A DNA stretch of 63,498 nt, counting the filler, from Octopus bimaculoides (lineage: Eukaryota): assembly GCF_001194135.2 (NCBI RefSeq). It is 7 parts of 7 records of this genome, joined end to end, with 100 filler letters (N's around TTAATTAATTAA, not from the genome) between each part and the next. Parts side by side here need not be neighbours in the genome. Positions count along the whole stretch, not along the records: positions 57,027 to 63,498 come from NC_068982.1; 6 more parts are not named here. One strand, written 5' to 3'. Below, piece by piece: positions 59,031 to 63,498 of this stretch. Numbering within the stretch: position 1 is the first letter of the stretch; each line of letters starts with the position of its first letter. Position numbers and translations under genes: made by a program. Below the pieces are notes generated by a model that saw only the letters and a program-made list of their open reading frames with translations, had not been told where the DNA came from and made no database searches.

Positions 59031-59580
59031 CAATTATCCTTGAAAGTTGGTTTTTTTTTTTTCATATTTAGTATGGATTGCTTGAAGCTAACTTTCTTCT
59101 TACGCCCTCGATCCTTGGATCTTACATATATATANNNNNNNNNNNNNNNNNNNNNNNNNNNNNNNNNNNNNNNNNNNNNNNNNNNNNNNNNNNNNNNNNN
59201 NNNNNNNNNNNNNNNNNNNNNNNNNNNNNNNNNNNNNNNNNNNNNNNNNNNNNNNNNNNNNNNNNNNNNNNNNNNNNNNNNNNNNNNNNNNNNNNNNNNN
59301 NNNNNNNNNNNNNNNNNNNNNNNNNNNNNNNNNNNNNNNNNNNNNNNNNNNNNNNNNNNNNNNNNNNNNNNNNNNNNNNNNNNNNNNNNNNNNNNNNNNN
59401 NNNNNNNNNNNNNNNNNNNNNNNNNNNNNNNNNNNNNNNNNNNNNNNNNNNNNNNNNNNNNNNNNNNNNNNNNNNNNNNNNNNNNNNNNNNNNNNNNNNN
59501 NNNNNNNNNNNNNNNNNNNNNNNNNNNNNNNNNNNNNNNNNNNNNNNNNNNNNNNNNNNNNNNNNNNNNNNNNNNNNNNN

Positions 59581-59611
<31 letters not shown>

Positions 59612-60109
59612 CACACATACACACATGTATGTATGTATGTATGTGTGTACATATAATTCGGTCAGATTATTCATTACCTCCAAAGGCAAGTCGTAAACAA
59701 TAAACAAAAGGTAGGTTAGCGTGGGTGAAGAAAGAGAGAGTGAGAGAGTAAGCTCATTGCCACCTGTGTGCAACGCTCAAATTTCAATTTTCAAATTATT
59801 CAAATACGTTGGAATGAAATGTCACACATGTGTTTGACACAATCCACAGATTAGTTTCCAATTAGACGGCTTAGGGTTACAAGGCTCTCTTTAGGGCCTT
59901 TAAAATGATAAGTTCACCTGATTGCATAGGTGAGAGATTAAAGGCAGATCAATAGTTGATAATTTAAATAGTTAAGTCGTATAATGTCGAAAGTGTAATG
60001 CCAGATAGGAAATTTCTATGTTTATGTATGCACAAGCTCGTAGGTCTGTATTTAGTACCTGTATTTTTGTGCTGATTATGTATTCATCTACCTCTTCATC
60101 TATCTGTCT

Positions 60110-60381
60110 ATTTATCTATCTATTTTTTTCTTCTTTTTTCTTCCCGCGATCCCTTTTGATCGAAATTATCACCCCCCCCCCCCAAGAAAAGCTCTACTTT
60201 GTAATTTGTCCATTTTCTGTATTTAGCCCTGTGTGGCTATAATAAAAATATATCTATCAATCTATCTATCTATCTATCTGTCTGTCTATCTATTTATTTA
60301 TCTATCTATCTATCTATTTATTTATCACTTTGTCAATCTATTTGTCTGTCTGTCTATCTATTTGTCTACTTATCCATCTAT

Positions 60382-60423
<42 letters not shown>

Positions 60424-60438
60424 GTCTGTCTGTCTGTC

Positions 60439-60504
<66 letters not shown>

Positions 60505-60505
60505 A
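60110..60505 (+). mobile_element. LINE 3' UTR (family F) with AATAAA and long (TCTA)n tail
   Basis: gctctactttgtaatttgtcc...agccctgtgtggctataataaaaatatatctatc; homologous to the reverse complement of 63130-63270. Confidence 0.65.
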
Positions 60506-60581
60506 GTAAATAGGAAATAGTTACCAATGCAGTTATACATCAATGCAAGTATGTGGTAGCGAGGGGAACTGTGAGGGAGGG

Positions 60582-60749
60582 AGAGTGAGAGAGCTTGAAG
60601 AGAGAGTGAGAGAGCTTGAAGAGAGAGTGAGAGAGCTTGAAGAGAGAGTGAGAGAGCTTGACGAGAGAGTGAGAGAGCTTGAAGAGAGAGTGAGAGAGCT
60701 TGAAGAGAGAGTGAGAGAGCTTGAAGAGAGAGTGAGAGACCTGCAAGAG
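60582..60749 (+). repeat. 21-bp minisatellite AGAGTGAGAGAGCTTGAAGAG x8, reading (RVRELEE)n
   Basis: Seven near-perfect units plus one diverged unit inside ORF 60543-60935. Confidence 0.93.
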
Positions 60750-60943
60750 AAAGGAGAGATACCTGCGAGAAAGAGACATACGAGAGAAAGAGAGAGACAT
60801 GTGAGCGAGATAGAGAGAATGCCTGCGAGAGAGAGAGGGACCTACCCTACAAGAGAGAGAAAGAGAGAGAAGAAACTCTGTGTGGGGGGGCGCGCGCTTA
60901 GGTGTGTGTGTGTGAGTGTGTGTGTGTGTGAGTGAGTGTGTGT

Positions 60944-60987
<44 letters not shown>

Positions 60988-61345
60988 TTTTCAGTTTAAT
61001 GTTACAAATGCTTCGTGATATCCTCTGGTTAAGAGTGAAACAGGGTACATTTGCAGAAAAAAAAAATTGAATAAACACGCTTATTTCCCCCGTATTGAAT
61101 TCTTTAATTTGTTAAATATTATATTTGTCCAACTGAAGTAGCTCAATCCGATAAGGAGACACACACGTGCGCATATACGTATGTGTGCATACACACACAC
61201 ACACACACACAAACACACGCATATTCTTTTCTGCTCTAGGCACAAGGCCCGAAGTTTTGGGGATGGCGCAGTCGATTAGATCTACCCCAGTACGCAACCG
61301 GTACTTAATTTATCGATCCTGAGAGTATGAAAGGCAAAGTCGATC

Positions 61346-61712
61346 TCAAGTCATTTGACTGCGGCCATGCTGGAACAAATCGATCCTAGGACTTACTCTT
61401 TGTAAGCCTAGTACTTATTCTATCGGTCTCTTTTGCCGAACCACTAAGTTACGGGGACGTAAACACACCAACATCGGTTTTCAAGAGATGTTGGGGGAAC
61501 AAACATAGACACACAAATATGTACATACCTATATATATGTATATATGCATACGACGGGCTTCTTTCAGCTTCCGTCTACCAAATCCACTCACAAGGCTTT
61601 GGTCGGCCCGAGGCTATCATAGAAGCCATTTGCCCCAGGTGCCACGCAGTGAGACAGAACCCGGAACCATGTGGTTGGGAAGCAAGCTACTTACCACACA
61701 GCCACTCCGGCG
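61346..61712 (-). mobile_element. SINE family B, near full length, adjoining a SINE A fragment (61225-61345)
   Basis: agtcatttgactgcggccatgctgg ... ttaccacacagccactccggcgc. Confidence 0.88.
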
Positions 61713-62269
61713 CATACACAGACATAATTGTATATTAAGTTAAAATGATTCATTACAAATGGACATATATTTCTCTCGCTATGCACTTTCCAAACATTTG
61801 AAAAGCCCAAAGACAAACGTATGACCGTCTATAACGAATTGTTTTAATTTAATTCAATTCATAACATTGTTTTCAACCTCCATCTACGATCTTGATTCCA
61901 ACTGAAAGTTAATTAGTAGCATACACACACGCAAGCATAATATTTACATACATATATACATACATGAGTGCGCGCGTGTGTGTGTGTGTGTGTGTGTGCT
62001 TTTATTTCATATTAGTGCTGTGAATTCAGTACAACTTGATCTCCAGTTTTCCTGCTGTCACTTTCCGGTCAAGAAAATTTGTTAATCACTCAAACCAAAC
62101 TATTTTAAGCAGAAATTAAGTAATGAGTAATCTTTCTTGGATGTAAAACAAATATTTGAAGAGCGAATGATGTGAACCGTTTCTGTCGACTAATAATTAC
62201 GTGAACGATTTATGAACATTGAGACAAAACATTAATGTATCAGATTGTCATTATGTTTGAGTATAAACT

Positions 62270-62575
62270 TTCACGTTCTGCGTTTAAATTCCGCTGATGT
62301 CAACTTTGCCTTTCATCCTTCGGGGGATGAGCAATGGGGTCGAGGTAATCGACTTACTCCCTTCCCCGGAATTGCTGGCCTTGTACCAAAATTTGAAATC
62401 AATATTTGAGTATAAACTTTTACGTTTTGAGTTCAAATCCTGCTGAGGTCACCTTTGCCTTTTCTCCTTTCAGGGCCGATAATATAACTAACAATTGTGC
62501 ACTGAGGTTAATGTGATCGACTTAACCTCTCCTCCGAACCATTTCTCGCCTTGTGCCAAAATCTGAACCCAATTT
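62270..62575 (+). mobile_element. Two tandem SINE family A fragments
   Basis: gttctgcgtttaaattccgc...ccttgtaccaaaatttgaaatc, then gttttgagttcaaatcc...ccttgtgccaaaatctgaacc. Confidence 0.8.
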
Positions 62576-63121
62576 GGGGGCATAAATTGGTGAATAACCA
62601 AAGTAAGAACCTGTTTGTTTTGGGTTTTTTTCATCACACTGCAGACAGTCGAATTGGTTGCTATTTCTAATTGGTCGAGTGACTACTTAGAGGCGCCTTC
62701 GTTATCCACCCGTAGTTGTCGTTGTTGCTGTTGTGTCGTTGTTGTTGTTGTTTAGCCCAAGGTCAGAAGTGGTATAAGAGAGCCATCATCAAAGTGCAAA
62801 AGTCCAATATTGTGTTATAATGTTAAACATTAAAACGGGTGGTTTGTTTCAAAACATTTTGTGTTTTTATGTTTTACCTTTTACTTGGTTCAGTCACTTG
62901 GTTGCTGCCATGCTGGGGAACTGCTGTGAAGAGTTTGATCCATCAAATCGACCCCAGTACTTACTTTTACTTACTGATATCTTTGGCTGAACTGGTAAGT
63001 TACGAAGACGTAAACAAAACAATACCGGTTGTCAAGCAGTGGTAGGAGACAGACACAAACACACACTCACATACACGCATATATGCATAATATATAATAT
63101 ATATGCATAATAGCTAACTAG

Positions 63122-63498
63122 CTAGCTAGATAGATAGATAGATATGTTTCTTTATTAGCCACACAGGGCTCAACACAGAGTGGACAAAATACAAATGTAG
63201 AGTTTTTCTTTTCGAGGGGGTCGAAAACAAAGCAGAAAAAAAAAACAAAAGTGGGGACAACGATGAAAAAAAACATCGCAAAACGTTTGGGGTATTTACA
63301 AAAAATACGAAATAATACAAAAAATTCCCAATAAATGGGGAGGTTATCCGTGGAAAGAAAAACCTACGAAAAGACCACGGTAACCTCGGTCTTTAGTGTC
63401 ACAGTTTGTTAAATAAAATTTCTTTTATTTAAGCAAGAAACGTGAGTAACTCTCTGTTTACAAAATTTTAAAACGTTTTATAGAATCATGGTCAAGGT
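63122..63498 (-). mobile_element. LINE 3' end (family F): last ORF codons, 3' UTR, AATAAA, (TCTA)n tail
   Basis: Minus strand ACC TTG ACC ATG ATT CTA TAA at the window edge, then a T-rich UTR ending gagccctgtgtggctAATAAAgaaacatatctatctatct. Confidence 0.6.

Overview
Repeat-rich, AT-rich animal genomic DNA, about 10% N. The SINE, microsatellite and transposon content is what I associate with octopus (coleoid cephalopod) genomes; this is an inference, not a database result. The window is seven scaffolds joined by artificial 100-bp spacers (44N-TTAATTAATTAA-44N). Two host genes can be supported. (1) A minus-strand ankyrin-repeat gene with three phase-compatible exons at 5040-4906, 2800-2664 and 1082-976, which the ORF track does not assemble. 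(2) The first coding exon of mastermind (MamL-1 domain, 20025-20285, +), after which the rest of the window is probably its large first intron. The remainder is mobile DNA: Helitron Rep, helicase and termini; CR1-like and R4/Dong-like LINEs; Penelope-like elements (PLEs); mariner, maT and hAT elements; a TIR element carrying (TAACCC)n; and several tRNA-derived SINE families. The leads I rate highest are PLE-type hammerhead ribozyme motifs (one with an intact core at 8007-8062, one downstream of a tRNA-like Pol III promoter at 2244-2430), an in-frame upstream ORF of mastermind closed by a single UAG that A-to-I editing could open, a candidate 30-nt mastermind micro-exon, and a minisatellite built from a SINE promoter head. 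There are no CRISPR arrays, rRNA or bona fide tRNA genes.
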